A stretch of DNA of 32,000 nt from Hyperthermus butylicus DSM 5456 (GCF_000015145.1 NC_008818.1:450001-482000), one strand, 5' to 3'. Counted from the first letter of the stretch, positions 1 to 9,574 are shown. Made by a program: numbers and translations. The notes: generated by a model not told the origin, from the sequence alone.

Positions 1-1
1 C

Positions 2-1009
2 GCCCTTGGGAGCCCAACGGTTCTCCTCGAGAGGTATGAATACAGTACGCTACTAGACATGGTATTTACAGCAAGGTTTAGTCTACCAGTTACAAGGCCG
101 CTACACCTCTTCGGAGCAGGACACCCAATGATAATACCTTTCGCAGTCGCGCTGGGCGTAGACATGTTCGACTCAGCATCTTACATCCTCTACGCGAGGG
201 ATAACCGGTACATGACCCTAACAAAGACCTATCGGCTAGAAAACCTAGAGTATTTCCCCTGCAGCTGCCCTGTGTGCAGTAGGTATACACCACAAGAGTT
301 GAGAGAAATGCCGCGCGATGAGAGGGTAAAGTTGCTCGCCTTACACAACCTATACGTACTCCGACAAGCAATAAACGAGGTTAAGACGGCAATCCGTGAG
401 GGCAGGCTGTGGGAGCTGCTGGAGGAAAGGAGTAGAGCCCACCCATCCCTAGCAACAGCCTTCGCAAAATTCAGACAGTACATCGAGAAGATAGAGCAGC
501 TAGCACCACGTGTAAAGACAGGGTTTGTAAGAGGCCTACTCCTTTACGGTTCTGAAAGCCTCTACAACCCTAGAGTAGTAGCCTATAGGCGCAGCATAAG
601 AATAAACTACAAGCCGCGCATAAGGGGAGAGCTAAAGCTAATACCTGTATCACCGTTCGAGAAGCCATTCACGTCATCAAAGCTGTACCGCAGTATCAAA
701 AAAGGCAGACGAGACATCCACGTGGTAGGATACATGTTGTACCTCGGCCCTATACCAGAGGAGCTGGCTGAGACCTATCCTGGCTCACAGTTTGAGGTAA
801 ACCTAACACCATACTGGGAGGTTGTTGAAGAAACCGCAAGGAGCATAGCAGAGTACGTGGAGGCAAACAAGGCCAACTATACAAGCATAGAGATATACTA
901 CTGTCAGGGCGATGGGCTCAAGTGGAGTAGGCCCGTTGCGGAGAAAACAACGGAGCTACTAAGGAAAAGAGGTGTAGAAGTTAAGCTGGCTGAGCTTGGA
1001 GAGTGCTAA
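2..1009 (+). CDS. tgtA: Archaeosine tRNA-guanine transglycosylase, 5'-truncated by the window edge
   Basis: Frame is open from base 2 (ALGSPTVLLERYEYSTLLDMVFTAR) into the tracked ORF. GAGHPMIIPFAVALGVDMFDSASYILYARDNRYMT and the FPCSCPVC cysteine segment are typical of archaeal TGT. Confidence 0.9.
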   Translation, partial: ALGSPTVLLERYEYSTLLDMVFTARFSLPVTRPLHLFGAGHPMIIPFAVALGVDMFDSASYILYARDNRYMTLTKTYRLENLEYFPCSCPVCSRYTPQELREMPRDERVKLLALHNLYVLRQAINEVKTAIREGRLWELLEERSRAHPSLATAFAKFRQYIEKIEQLAPRVKTGFVRGLLLYGSESLYNPRVVAYRRSIRINYKPRIRGELKLIPVSPFEKPFTSSKLYRSIKKGRRDIHVVGYMLYLGPIPEELAETYPGSQFEVNLTPYWEVVEETARSIAEYVEANKANYTSIEIYYCQGDGLKWSRPVAEKTTELLRKRGVEVKLAELGEC

Positions 1010-1014
1010 ACAGC

Positions 1015-1767
1015 TTACATGTAGGCACGCTCGCTGCTCGGTGGAATAAGCGCCTCTTTCTGCTGCTGCTCCATCAACACTATCATTTCCTCAATCTTGC
1101 GAGCCTCTTCTAGCAATTCATCAACACCTATGGAGAAGCCGTAGAGCTTGTTGATGACCTCAATAGCAGCCGCTGCCGCACGAGGGTCGGGGCGAGCCGT
1201 CTCTGTGTAGGGTAGCAGAGCTACAGCAGGATAGCCATAAACCTCGGCGTATAGTAGGAGGAGCGCTAGAGGACCAATAACGTAGAGGCCCTTATCCATC
1301 TTGGGGGCATCAAGACTTCTAGAATATGCTGCTGTTGCTACCCACCTAAACTTCTCATCGCCCTGCTTATACCTTGCATCAAATCCTCCTATGAGTACTG
1401 CCTCTGGGATATTCCTCTCCACCAGGAACCTTACTATAGCTTCAGCAAATCTTGCACGCTCATACACAACCGGTATATCATGGTTTACAAGAAGCAAAAT
1501 ACGGAAATCGTCACGAGGCATACACGAGTATAGGGTAAAGGGCGCAACTATACCGCTAGACCCTGGAGTTACAGCCTCCGGCATGTACTTTGTAAGCACA
1601 AAACCGGCCTTGCTACAGTTCGCCTTCTCAGCCAAGTGGAGTGTTGCTATATATCCTACAGCACCATATCCCTTAAATCCAGACACAAATAGACTTGCTC
1701 CCTCTAAGAGTGCCTCATCGTAAGCTATCCTTATCCCCTTATACTCAAACCTAGCCCTAAACGCCAA
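1015..1767 (-). CDS. PAC2 family (proteasome assembly chaperone-like) protein
   Basis: 250 aa ORF with FVSGFKGYGAVGYIATLHLAEK near the N-terminus and a C-terminal helical region, typical of archaeal PAC2 proteins. Confidence 0.75.
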   Translation of the reverse strand: MAFRARFEYKGIRIAYDEALLEGASLFVSGFKGYGAVGYIATLHLAEKANCSKAGFVLTKYMPEAVTPGSSGIVAPFTLYSCMPRDDFRILLLVNHDIPVVYERARFAEAIVRFLVERNIPEAVLIGGFDARYKQGDEKFRWVATAAYSRSLDAPKMDKGLYVIGPLALLLLYAEVYGYPAVALLPYTETARPDPRAAAAAIEVINKLYGFSIGVDELLEEARKIEEMIVLMEQQQKEALIPPSSERAYM

Positions 1768-1789
1768 GCCCGCATAACCCTAAGCTCAG

Positions 1790-2269
1790 CTAGGAATTAT
1801 CCCCCTTAACAGTTTTCCTAAGCCTAATAGCCTCACCCCAACACTCGTTCTCAAGTATTTCCGTCGGCGATAATCTTAGTCTGCCGACACCTACAAGCTC
1901 GCCACTAGAGTTTAACACGATAACCTCATCGCCGGGCCGGAGATCATGATCAATAGTTTCTATAATTCTACAATTAATGCTCTTGGAGGGAGGTGTTTCA
2001 ACACGAAGCCTTGCGCGGAGACGAGGCTCGGGAAGAGCTAGCAACCTCTTGGCGCCTAATAGCGAGAGAGAGTACAAGTAATCATGTGCACGGAGGACAG
2101 CCAGCAGCCCCTCCTCGCCGTAAATCTCCCTTATACGGCGCGTTGCAGGGGAAACACCTACAACCACATTATCCGGGATTAATAGGTCGCCTGCAGGAAA
2201 GCCAAACTGATAGTCTGCGATTGCTCTAAGCCTAACAACCTCTTCGGGCCGTGCACGCCTAATGATCAA
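1790..2269 (-). CDS. PUA domain-containing protein
   Basis: 159 aa ORF; C-terminal half (TPPSKSINCRIIETIDHDLRPGDEVIVLNSSGELVGVGRLRLSPTEI) has PUA-like character; same strand as the PAC2 gene. Confidence 0.7.
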   Translation of the reverse strand: MIIRRARPEEVVRLRAIADYQFGFPAGDLLIPDNVVVGVSPATRRIREIYGEEGLLAVLRAHDYLYSLSLLGAKRLLALPEPRLRARLRVETPPSKSINCRIIETIDHDLRPGDEVIVLNSSGELVGVGRLRLSPTEILENECWGEAIRLRKTVKGDNS

Positions 2270-2352
2270 GGCCCTAACAGCCCCCGATGCAGGTGAAAAA
2301 GAGGCGACTCTATGTAAATAACGGCACGCCTACTATGACCGAGCAAGCAATA

Positions 2353-2715
2353 CTACTTTTTCACAACACCTATTGTGAGGCCAATGACGAAGCCTAGTAG
2401 TGTTGGACCGATAGCCATGAACCCGAATACTTGTGCCAGCTTGTAAATAACATCCTTTACCTCACCTAGCACCTTGAGCCTCTCAAGTGCATCCTCAATG
2501 CTTCCCGCAGTACCCCATAAACCGAGAATAGCGCCAACAAGGAATACACCTATAAGGCCTAGAACATAACGTGCTATCTTGGCTGTAAAGTAGCCAGCTA
2601 TAAGGCCTAGTATGAACTGTATCGCCATAATCGTTAGCAGCTGCGGGTTCTCACGAGTGAGCTCATATATGTTAATAATAGTTGTATTTATCTCTTCTAC
2701 CATAATTGCACCCAC
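2353..2715 (-). CDS. Small membrane protein, hypothetical
   Basis: 120 aa with about three hydrophobic segments (LTIMAIQFILGLIAGYFTAKIARYVLGLIGVFLVGAILGLWG, FGFMAIGPTLLGFVIGLTIGVV). Confidence 0.6.
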   Translation of the reverse strand: MGAIMVEEINTTIINIYELTRENPQLLTIMAIQFILGLIAGYFTAKIARYVLGLIGVFLVGAILGLWGTAGSIEDALERLKVLGEVKDVIYKLAQVFGFMAIGPTLLGFVIGLTIGVVKK

Positions 2716-2830
2716 AGTTAGTCCTGGAAATTCTCCCTCTAAAAAGCTAGCTGGAAACCAAAAGCGCGAGGTAGCAAATACTATAAACCTCCACTCGTAG
2801 ATTAAACCACAATAACAACGTGGATGAGGT

Positions 2831-2943
2831 GGGCCCGTCGTCTAGCTTGGTAGGATGCGGGGTACACAGCTCCCGCCAGGGCGCGGGGCTGTGCCCGACT
2901 CGGGACCCCGTGGTCCCGGGTTCAAATCCCGGCGGGCCCACCA
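2831..2943 (+). tRNA. tRNA-Pro(CGG), intron 2864-2899, encoded CCA
   Basis: Acceptor GGGCCCG/CGGGCCC, T arm CCGGG-TTCAAAT-CCCGG, discriminator A, CCA. Anticodon stem CGGGG/CCCCG closes a 7-nt loop TTCGGGA after removal of a 36-nt intron. BHB: central CGGG/CCCG, 3-nt bulges GTA and ACT, inner helix CACAGC/GCTGTG. Confidence 0.92.
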
Positions 2944-2982
2944 CTACTCAACCCATCCCAGACAAATACCGTGTTTTTCTGC

Positions 2983-4266
2983 CTAGACTTCTAGCGTATA
3001 CTCCCTATTGTTTTCGGCTACGATAACTTCTTCTGGAATGCCAGTACTGCGTAGTAGCTCTGCATATTTTACAGCTACATCGGCTTCGCTGTGGACTACT
3101 ACTATGTAGCGTGGCTTTGTCGTCCTTACGACATCTAAGAGACCGTTGCGGTCGGCATGACTGCTAAAATCTAGCCATTCAACTCTAGCTCTTACGGGTT
3201 CCTCTGTATCTGGCATTAGACCCTCTTCGAGAATGCGTCTACCGTTGGAGCCTGGTGCCTGGAAGCTGACTAGTATGATTGCGTTTCGCGGATTTGACCC
3301 AAGCCTCTTTAGGTAGTATAGGCTTGGGCCTCCCTTGAGCATGCCTGCCGAGGCTATTATTACTGCTGGCTCACGCCACGCCTTGTTTCGATCGCGCCAG
3401 CCCCGCACAATGTTAAACTCCTCGTAGGCTTTCCTCAGCAGGTTAACGTTGTTTATGTACTCGGGATTTTCGAGGAATATCTCAGTTATCTGCCTAATCA
3501 TACCATCGACGTAGACAGGCACACCCGGATCGTGCTCGGCTAGTATCATCATTATCTCTTGGCCACGCGCAATGCTGAAGGCCGGGATTAGCACTGTACC
3601 CTTCCTGTCGATCGTCTCCTCGATTATTGAGAGTAGCCTCTTCTCAGCGTTGGCTCTTGGTGGATGAAGGCTGCTACCGTAGGTCGCCTCTGTTACCAGT
3701 ATGTCGAGGCTGCCGATTATGTGATGGTTTGCTGGCTTCATAAGCTTGGTCTCTATCGTATTTATGTCGCCTGTGAAGCCCATCCTTGTACCGTCAATAT
3801 CTAGTACTGTAAATGTGCTACCTGGGACGTGTCCTGCCGAGTAAAAGGTTGCCTCAACACCATCTATGTCTATGCGTTGGCCATAGTGAATCTTTTCTCC
3901 AGCCTCGAGCAACAGCTTTACCTCATAGTGCTCGTATGGTGAATAGTATCCGTTGAGCTTTAGGAAGTCCTCAAGCATTAGCTTTGCCATTTCGAGTGTT
4001 GGCTTTGTAGCATAGACTCTTGGTCTACCAGAGATAAAGTACATTGGTGCTGTGCCTATGTGGTCCAGATGTGCATGACTAAGTATCATCGCCTTAACAT
4101 ACTTTGGTGGGTATGTTGCCGCAAATACCGGCCTGTCTTCCTCATCAAAGTTTACGCCAGCATCTAGCAGTATACCATCACGCTCCTCCGGCCTAACCCT
4201 AACTAGCACTGAGAGTCTGCCTACCTCTCCTCCACCACCCAATATGCGGAGAGCTATCTTAGCCAC
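2983..4266 (-). CDS. Metallo-beta-lactamase/beta-CASP family ribonuclease (archaeal CPSF2/RNase J-like)
   Basis: LSHAHLDHIG motif, GHVPGS, TGDI, TEATYGSSLHP, ASAGMLKGG and SSHAD motifs; 427 aa; no N-terminal KH extension. Confidence 0.88.
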   Translation of the reverse strand: MAKIALRILGGGGEVGRLSVLVRVRPEERDGILLDAGVNFDEEDRPVFAATYPPKYVKAMILSHAHLDHIGTAPMYFISGRPRVYATKPTLEMAKLMLEDFLKLNGYYSPYEHYEVKLLLEAGEKIHYGQRIDIDGVEATFYSAGHVPGSTFTVLDIDGTRMGFTGDINTIETKLMKPANHHIIGSLDILVTEATYGSSLHPPRANAEKRLLSIIEETIDRKGTVLIPAFSIARGQEIMMILAEHDPGVPVYVDGMIRQITEIFLENPEYINNVNLLRKAYEEFNIVRGWRDRNKAWREPAVIIASAGMLKGGPSLYYLKRLGSNPRNAIILVSFQAPGSNGRRILEEGLMPDTEEPVRARVEWLDFSSHADRNGLLDVVRTTKPRYIVVVHSEADVAVKYAELLRSTGIPEEVIVAENNREYTLEV

Positions 4267-4357
4267 GACATAGACTCACCTCTGCAACCTACGTCGCGTA
4301 GTGCACATATTGCATGAATGGTGGCTGTCCCGCTCTAAACTCCAAAACCAAACAACC

Positions 4358-4366
4358 TATTATATA
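4358..4366 (+). promoter_or_regulatory. Candidate TATA box for the NAC gene
   Basis: TATTATATA about 50 bp upstream of the TTG start at 4408; GGGGAGG Shine-Dalgarno at 4392-4398. Confidence 0.45.
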
Positions 4367-4407
4367 CTGTTAAGCCCTCATTGAATTGACCGGGGAGGAT
4401 AGGGGCC

Positions 4408-4788
4408 TTGTTTAGACTAAACCCGGCCGATATACGTAGGCAGTTTAAGAGGTTGGGCATTAAGGCTGATGTAGATGTCGTTGAAGCTGAGGAAGTCATA
4501 GTTAGGAAGACTGATGGCAAAACCCTGGTGCTTGCTAACCCGCAAGTGTTGCTTGTGAAGATGCAGGGCGGCATGGTTATGCTGCAAGCTGTCTCTAATA
4601 GCGTCGAGGAAGTTGAGGCGATAGGTGAAAAGGCCCCAGAGATTAGCGAAGAGGATGTAAGGCTTGTCGCTGAACAAGCAGGCGTCAGCCTTGAGGAGGC
4701 TAGGAGAGCACTTGAGGAGGTTGGTGGCGATATAGCAGCTGCTATCCTACTCCTTGAGGAGAGGAAGAAAGCTTCTGGAGCCTCTTAA
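4408..4788 (+). CDS. nac: Nascent polypeptide-associated complex protein (archaeal NAC)
   Basis: NAC domain (MFRLNPADIRRQFKRLGIK...LLVKMQGGMVMLQ) plus C-terminal UBA-like segment (EDVRLVAEQAGVSLEEARRALEEVGGDIAAAILLL). Confidence 0.9.
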   Translation: MFRLNPADIRRQFKRLGIKADVDVVEAEEVIVRKTDGKTLVLANPQVLLVKMQGGMVMLQAVSNSVEEVEAIGEKAPEISEEDVRLVAEQAGVSLEEARRALEEVGGDIAAAILLLEERKKASGAS

Positions 4789-5494
4789 CCAGCTCCTCTA
4801 CAGAGCTGCACATGCTAAGCACCACCGGTACATTCTCGCTCTCAGCTATCCAGATCGCAAGCGGGTCAAGCCTCTTTGGGCCATGGAGTACTATTGCTGC
4901 AGGCTTTATTGTTGAAACCCTAAGTGCTATCATCGGGCTACGTCCCGTGGTAACTTTTGTGAACACGACAACACGCTGTGTCGTAGAGCCTAGCAAGTAT
5001 AGGAACTCATTACCGGAAAGCATCATTATCGCGCGCACACTATCGATTACGGTATAGCCGTAGAGTAGCTCCTGGGGGATGTAGGAGTTAACGGGTACAC
5101 CCTGCACTGCATTTATAACAGCATCTAATGGTATACCGGCCTCGAAGTCTCTCATGTCTATGACTGCGCCAAGATAGTGGAGCTGTAGTATCCTGGCAAG
5201 CCGTCGTGTAACCGGGCTTCCCCGTTCACTATCAATCTCAAGGAGCGCCTCAACAAACCTCTTAACGAACAACGAACCGGGCTGGCGACGCCCCTTCTCA
5301 TAGTCGCTAATAACGCTTGATGTGACACCCATGTGTCGTGCAACTTCCACCTGGCTAGCTGCAAATATTTCACGCCACTTACGCAGCGCCAGGCCAGGCT
5401 TATCACTCATAACAATATCGCCAGCAATGTGTTGCGCAATACGCCTCAGAACAATCCTCGAAGGCCACAAAACATCATCAACGCTCGACAGCAA
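4742..5494 (-). CDS. Archaeal HTH (XRE-like) transcriptional regulator
   Basis: LALRKWREIFAASQVEVARHMGVTSSVISDYEKGRRQPGSLFVKRFVEALLE is a canonical Cro/C1-type HTH with a long conserved archaeal C-terminal domain; true start may be internal. Confidence 0.8.
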   Translation of the reverse strand: MLSSVDDVLWPSRIVLRRIAQHIAGDIVMSDKPGLALRKWREIFAASQVEVARHMGVTSSVISDYEKGRRQPGSLFVKRFVEALLEIDSERGSPVTRRLARILQLHYLGAVIDMRDFEAGIPLDAVINAVQGVPVNSYIPQELLYGYTVIDSVRAIMMLSGNEFLYLLGSTTQRVVVFTKVTTGRSPMIALRVSTIKPAAIVLHGPKRLDPLAIWIAESENVPVVLSMCSSVEELVKRLQKLSSSPQGVG

Positions 5495-5559
5495 ACCACC
5501 ACGCCACGGAGAAAAGATTTAAACCGACCACCTAATCTATCTTCACACTCATGGCAGGT

Positions 5560-5647
5560 GCCGGGGTCGCCTAGCCTGGTAGGGCGCCGGCCTGCTAAGC
5601 CGGTGGGGGTCCACCCCGCGCGGGTTCAAATCCCGCCCCCGGCGCCA
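5560..5647 (+). tRNA. tRNA-Ser(GCT), encoded CCA
   Basis: Acceptor GCCGGGG/CCCCGGC, anticodon stem CCGGC/GCCGG with loop CTGCTAA (anticodon 5594-5596), extended variable arm GTGGGGGTCCACCCCGC, T loop TTCAAAT, CCA. Confidence 0.95.
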
Positions 5648-6054
5648 CACCTCCTAACCATATCTCCCACTAAGTTATAGCTCAACTCGCCCCATTCTTC
5701 ATCATCTAATGGTGTACGACACCTTGGTTTAACAAGGCTGAAGACGAGTTTTAGTCTTAAACGATCATTTCCGTGCTGGGCTTAGCTTGCTGTACTGTGA
5801 TGCTTGCGCCAGAGTACCTAACCTGATACCCAGTACTAGGTACATACTACTGAGATGTAGGGAACCAATACTATGAGAGGGAAGTAACAGCAAATGCTCA
5901 AACTCATAGATGAAAGGGTAGAGATTGTCGTAGGACCTAGTCCGGGTCCAAATGCATACACGACATTACAACAAGCAGAAGTGAAGATGGCTTTGATAAT
6001 TGGTCTAGCTGTGCGTAGTGTCTTGAGATGAGTTCTACAAGAGCTGAAATCTGG

Positions 6055-6405
6055 TTAGCCTTCCTCTTCTCCAAGGATGTGTTTACAGTCTAGCCTAGAT
6101 ACTTTATCAATATCAATAACCATGTATGGCTCCCCGTCAAGTTCTCTGAATTCCTCAATGCCTATCTCTTTGAGCCTCTCTAGACAGTCTTCGCAGTTGA
6201 GGATCTCCGACACTATGTCCATGAACTTGAGGAAGCCTGTCTCCTCAGCCTCGTGGCGACGCCACAACCCGTAGAGTGATACAAGGAGCTTCTCCTGCCC
6301 CGCAGCCCGGGCCATACCTAGAACCATCTCTCCGCGATCCCGGAGATACCTGCATAGCGTTAGGAGAAACGCCTCTACCGGATCCATTCGCTGCCAGCCG
6401 GTCAT
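6055..6405 (-). CDS. Hypothetical protein, apparently co-transcribed with the translin-like gene
   Basis: 116 aa ORF adjoining the 6405..7049 ORF on the same strand; coding-like composition, Cys-containing (LNCEDCLERL). Confidence 0.6.
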   Translation of the reverse strand: MTGWQRMDPVEAFLLTLCRYLRDRGEMVLGMARAAGQEKLLVSLYGLWRRHEAEETGFLKFMDIVSEILNCEDCLERLKEIGIEEFRELDGEPYMVIDIDKVSRLDCKHILGEEEG

Positions 6406-7049
6406 TATGATGCACCGTAGCCCGTTCTAGCCCTCACACTGAGGAGGAGGGATTTCGTGTCATCTATTAGGCGACGCGCCACATCAACCTTGTGTCTGAC
6501 TCCAGGTAGCAGGGCATCAGGATACTCTAGTGCACGCATTTCATAGTACATAGCCTCCATGAGGTCTAGTACTTTCTCTGCTTCGTTGAGTCTTCCGAGC
6601 CTCATGTAGTCTAGTGCTAGCCTCCTAAGCTCCCCAAGCACATCCCCCACACCCTGGAGGTACGGTACCTCGGGTACACTAAGCTCCCTATGGCTAGGTA
6701 TGACCCCCTCAACGACTACCGAGTAGAATACCTTGGCCTCGACATACTCGGACAATACATTGTACACAAAGCCGCTCTCAGCCAGGAAACTGTCAGACTT
6801 AGCCATCTCCCTAAACCTTGAAACTATCGAGTCCATCTCCTCAATATACTTCCTAGCTTCCTCGACTCGGCCCCGGTGCAGAGCGTTAATCGCCCAGCCG
6901 GAGAGTTTGATCACATCCCGGCCAAGCTTTATCAGCGAGTCCCTCAGCTCCTCACGTCTAGAAAGCACTGTATTGATTTCTGATAGTATAGCCCTAAACT
7001 TCTCAGCCAGTCTCTGCGGGTCAAAGTTTGCAAGCTCCGGCACACTCAC
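6405..7049 (-). CDS. Translin/TRAX-like family protein
   Basis: 214 aa all-alpha: REELRDSLIKLGRDVIKLSGWAINALHRG...FVYNVLSEYVEAKVFYSVVVEG...PEVPYLQGVGDVLGELRRLALDYMRLG, matching the translin fold layout. Confidence 0.82.
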   Translation of the reverse strand: MSVPELANFDPQRLAEKFRAILSEINTVLSRREELRDSLIKLGRDVIKLSGWAINALHRGRVEEARKYIEEMDSIVSRFREMAKSDSFLAESGFVYNVLSEYVEAKVFYSVVVEGVIPSHRELSVPEVPYLQGVGDVLGELRRLALDYMRLGRLNEAEKVLDLMEAMYYEMRALEYPDALLPGVRHKVDVARRLIDDTKSLLLSVRARTGYGAS

Positions 7050-7648
7050 CGGCTACCCACCTCTCCTCCTAGTTCCTCTAGACTGGAAATAAGCCTGCTA
7101 AGCTCTTCCTCACGGAGCACACTTAGCCAGTCGATACAGCACCTTGTTTTCCTCAACCTAATGGCTTCAAGCACCTCCAACGCCAGCTTATCTGGCGTTG
7201 TATTAGAGGTTACAACCTCGAATACCGGGATGCCCTTGTCTAGTAGGCTACGTGCCTCTGAAGCTATAACCCCTACAAGCTCCGCCTCAACATTCTCAAT
7301 TATCTTTCTTGCTGGCCAACCTCTACGCTTAAGCCTTTCAAGGAGTATGAGCGGGTTACACCTAACAACAACAATAAACTCTACATGCTCTCTTCCCAGC
7401 TCCTCGAAAGGCTCTAGCCAGTGAGTCTCAACAATATAGCCTCTGAGCCCTGTAAGCAGCTTCAGCAAACCCTCATAGTCTATTACGAAGCTCCTACGCT
7501 GAGCATCATACTCAACCCATAACCCATTATACAATACAAGCCATGAGATAGTTGTGAATCTTAGCTTGAGGAGTCTAGCAAGCCTGGACCCTAAAACACT
7601 CTTACCAGCGCCAGGTGTGCCAGCGATAACGAGTAGCCCACGCTCCAA
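7046..7648 (-). CDS. AK6/Fap7-like adenylate kinase (P-loop)
   Basis: N-terminal Walker A IAGTPGAGKSVLGSRLARLL; YIVETHW; VVVRCNPLILLERLKRRGW typical of AK6/Fap7 proteins. Confidence 0.78.
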   Translation of the reverse strand: MERGLLVIAGTPGAGKSVLGSRLARLLKLRFTTISWLVLYNGLWVEYDAQRRSFVIDYEGLLKLLTGLRGYIVETHWLEPFEELGREHVEFIVVVRCNPLILLERLKRRGWPARKIIENVEAELVGVIASEARSLLDKGIPVFEVVTSNTTPDKLALEVLEAIRLRKTRCCIDWLSVLREEELSRLISSLEELGGEVGSR

Positions 7649-7799
7649 CTCTGCTACTACACCGTTAAAGAGTCCTAAGCCTCTCCTACAGCTTAAAAAC
7701 AGAAAAGCAGAGCCTCGCCAAGGAAAGACAAGGTATGTAGAAGCTAATGAGAATGAGGGGCTAGAGCTGACCTTACACCTGGTTAAAAAGGCTGGGTGG

Positions 7800-9506
7800 T
7801 TACTCCTCCTTCTCCTCCTTCTCCTCTTCCTCGCCCTTCTTCTTCTCTTCCTCCTTCTCCTCGCGGCGTGCAGCCGCTATGATGTCGTCAATCCTTAGCA
7901 CCATTGTTGCAGCCTCGGTACCGGCCTTGATCGCGTTAGCCTTCACGCTTACCGGCTCAATGACACCGAGCTTCTTCATGTCATCAACATCGCCCTTGAA
8001 GACGTTTACACCTACCCACTTGCCCTCAGCCTTTGCATGGGCAGCACGTAGCTTCATGATTATCTCTACAGGTTCTAGGCCAGCGTTCTCTGCTAGAGCC
8101 ATTGGTAGGCCCTCGAGAGCCCTCGCGAAGGCTTCTACTGCTAGCTGCTCCTTACCACCAATCTTTGGTGCTATCTCGCGCAGGTACTTAGCAACCTCTA
8201 CCTCAACCGCGCCACCACCAGCAACAATCTTGCCATCCCTAATCGCATCAGCTACAGCATGTAGAGCGTCGTTGATGCTCCTTTCAGCCTCGTCTACAAG
8301 CCTCTCGAGACCACCGCGGATGAGTATGGTTACTGCTCTTGGGTTCGGACAGCCCTCGATGAATACCATCTTGTCCTCGCCGACCTTCCTCTCCTCGACG
8401 AGCTTGGCGAAGCCTAGGTCCTCGGGTGTTAAGTCATCAATGTTGCTCACGATCTTGGCGCCGGTCGCCCTTGCAATCTTCTCTATGTCGCTCCTCTTTA
8501 CCCTTCTTACTGCCATGATGCCCTTCTTTGCTAGGAAGTGCTGGGCAACCTCGTCAATACCCTTCTGGGTTATAACTACGATACCAGCCTTACCCTCCAT
8601 ACCGTCCTTGCGTATCCTCTCCATGGCAACGTTATAGATCTTGTTTACCATCTCTTCTAGTATCTTCTCCTCCTCTTCTAGGAACTTCTTGAGGAATGCT
8701 GGATCGTTGATCCTTATCTCTGCATCGATTTCTGGCTTCTCGACCTCTAGTGGAGCATCGAGGAGTACAATGTAGGCGTTCTCGACCTTCTTGGGCATGC
8801 CTGGGTGTACAACCTCCTTGTCCAGGACGATGCCGTAGATTAGCTTGGTGTCGCGTAGGCTACCACCATGCTTCTTGATTATCTGTATCGCATCTAGGTC
8901 TATGTACCATTTGTCGCCCCTCTTCTCAGCAACCTGCCTTACAGCCTTGACGACTATCTCTGCTAGATGCTCGCGTGCACCGTGGACTGCCTTGCTTGTG
9001 AGGCTTGTCATTGCTATCTTCTTGAGGGTCTCCTCGTCGTTTATGTCTATGGGTTCAGCTATCTCGTGGAGCTTCTTTACCGCCTCCTCGGCTGCCTTCT
9101 TGTAGCCACTCACAATGATTGTTGGGTGTACGTTCTTGTCTAGTAGCTCCTCGGCGTAACGTAGTAGCTCACCAGCGAATATTACTGCTGTCTTTGTACC
9201 GTCACCTACCTCCTCGTCCTGACCCTTGGCAATCTGCACTACGAGCTTCGCTGTTGGGTGCTGTACGTCCATCTTGTCTAGGATTGTTGCACCGTCGTTG
9301 GTTATCGTTATGTCGCCAAGGCTGTCCACTAGCATCTTGTCCATGCCCTTGGGACCGTAGGTTGTCCTTAGCGTCTCGGCGATAGCGCGTACGATCATTA
9401 TGTTTGTTCTTAGTGCTTCACGGCCGTAGGTCCTCTGGGTGCCCTCCTTGAGTATTAGTACTGGTACACCAGTAGGCTCAAGGGCAGCAACCTGGCGTGC
9501 AGACAT
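7800..9506 (-). CDS. ths: Thermosome (group II chaperonin) subunit
   Basis: [101 protein letters not shown]. Confidence 0.98.
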   Translation of the reverse strand: MSARQVAALEPTGVPVLILKEGTQRTYGREALRTNIMIVRAIAETLRTTYGPKGMDKMLVDSLGDITITNDGATILDKMDVQHPTAKLVVQIAKGQDEEVGDGTKTAVIFAGELLRYAEELLDKNVHPTIIVSGYKKAAEEAVKKLHEIAEPIDINDEETLKKIAMTSLTSKAVHGAREHLAEIVVKAVRQVAEKRGDKWYIDLDAIQIIKKHGGSLRDTKLIYGIVLDKEVVHPGMPKKVENAYIVLLDAPLEVEKPEIDAEIRINDPAFLKKFLEEEEKILEEMVNKIYNVAMERIRKDGMEGKAGIVVITQKGIDEVAQHFLAKKGIMAVRRVKRSDIEKIARATGAKIVSNIDDLTPEDLGFAKLVEERKVGEDKMVFIEGCPNPRAVTILIRGGLERLVDEAERSINDALHAVADAIRDGKIVAGGGAVEVEVAKYLREIAPKIGGKEQLAVEAFARALEGLPMALAENAGLEPVEIIMKLRAAHAKAEGKWVGVNVFKGDVDDMKKLGVIEPVSVKANAIKAGTEAATMVLRIDDIIAAARREEKEEEKKKGEEEEKEEKEE

Positions 9507-9566
9507 AGCTTACACCCCTATGCGCTCACTATCCTATGTCCGGGATAGATTGCCTTCGGGGTGCTT

Positions 9567-9574
9567 CTATATAA
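9567..9574 (-). promoter_or_regulatory. Candidate TATA box of the thermosome gene
   Basis: Minus-strand TTATATAG about 60 bp upstream of the start; GGGGTG Shine-Dalgarno just before the ATG. Confidence 0.5.

Noticed and set aside
2747-3026. ORFs on both strands over the first tRNA (65 aa minus, 68 aa plus)
   Set aside because: They translate a tRNA gene; the tRNA fold fully explains the sequence.
5333-5680. 115-aa plus-strand ORF over tRNA-Ser
   Set aside because: Overlaps both the regulator gene antisense and the complete tRNA-Ser.
5741-5870. Possible C/D box sRNA (GTGATGC ... CTGA ... CTGA)
   Set aside because: The C box is imperfect, no C' box is present, and spacing does not match archaeal C/D RNAs.
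7879-9385. Long plus-strand ORFs (252, 86 and 88 aa) inside the thermosome gene
   Set aside because: Antisense shadows of a GC-rich conserved gene; Ser/Ala/Thr/Pro-rich composition typical of reverse-frame artefacts.
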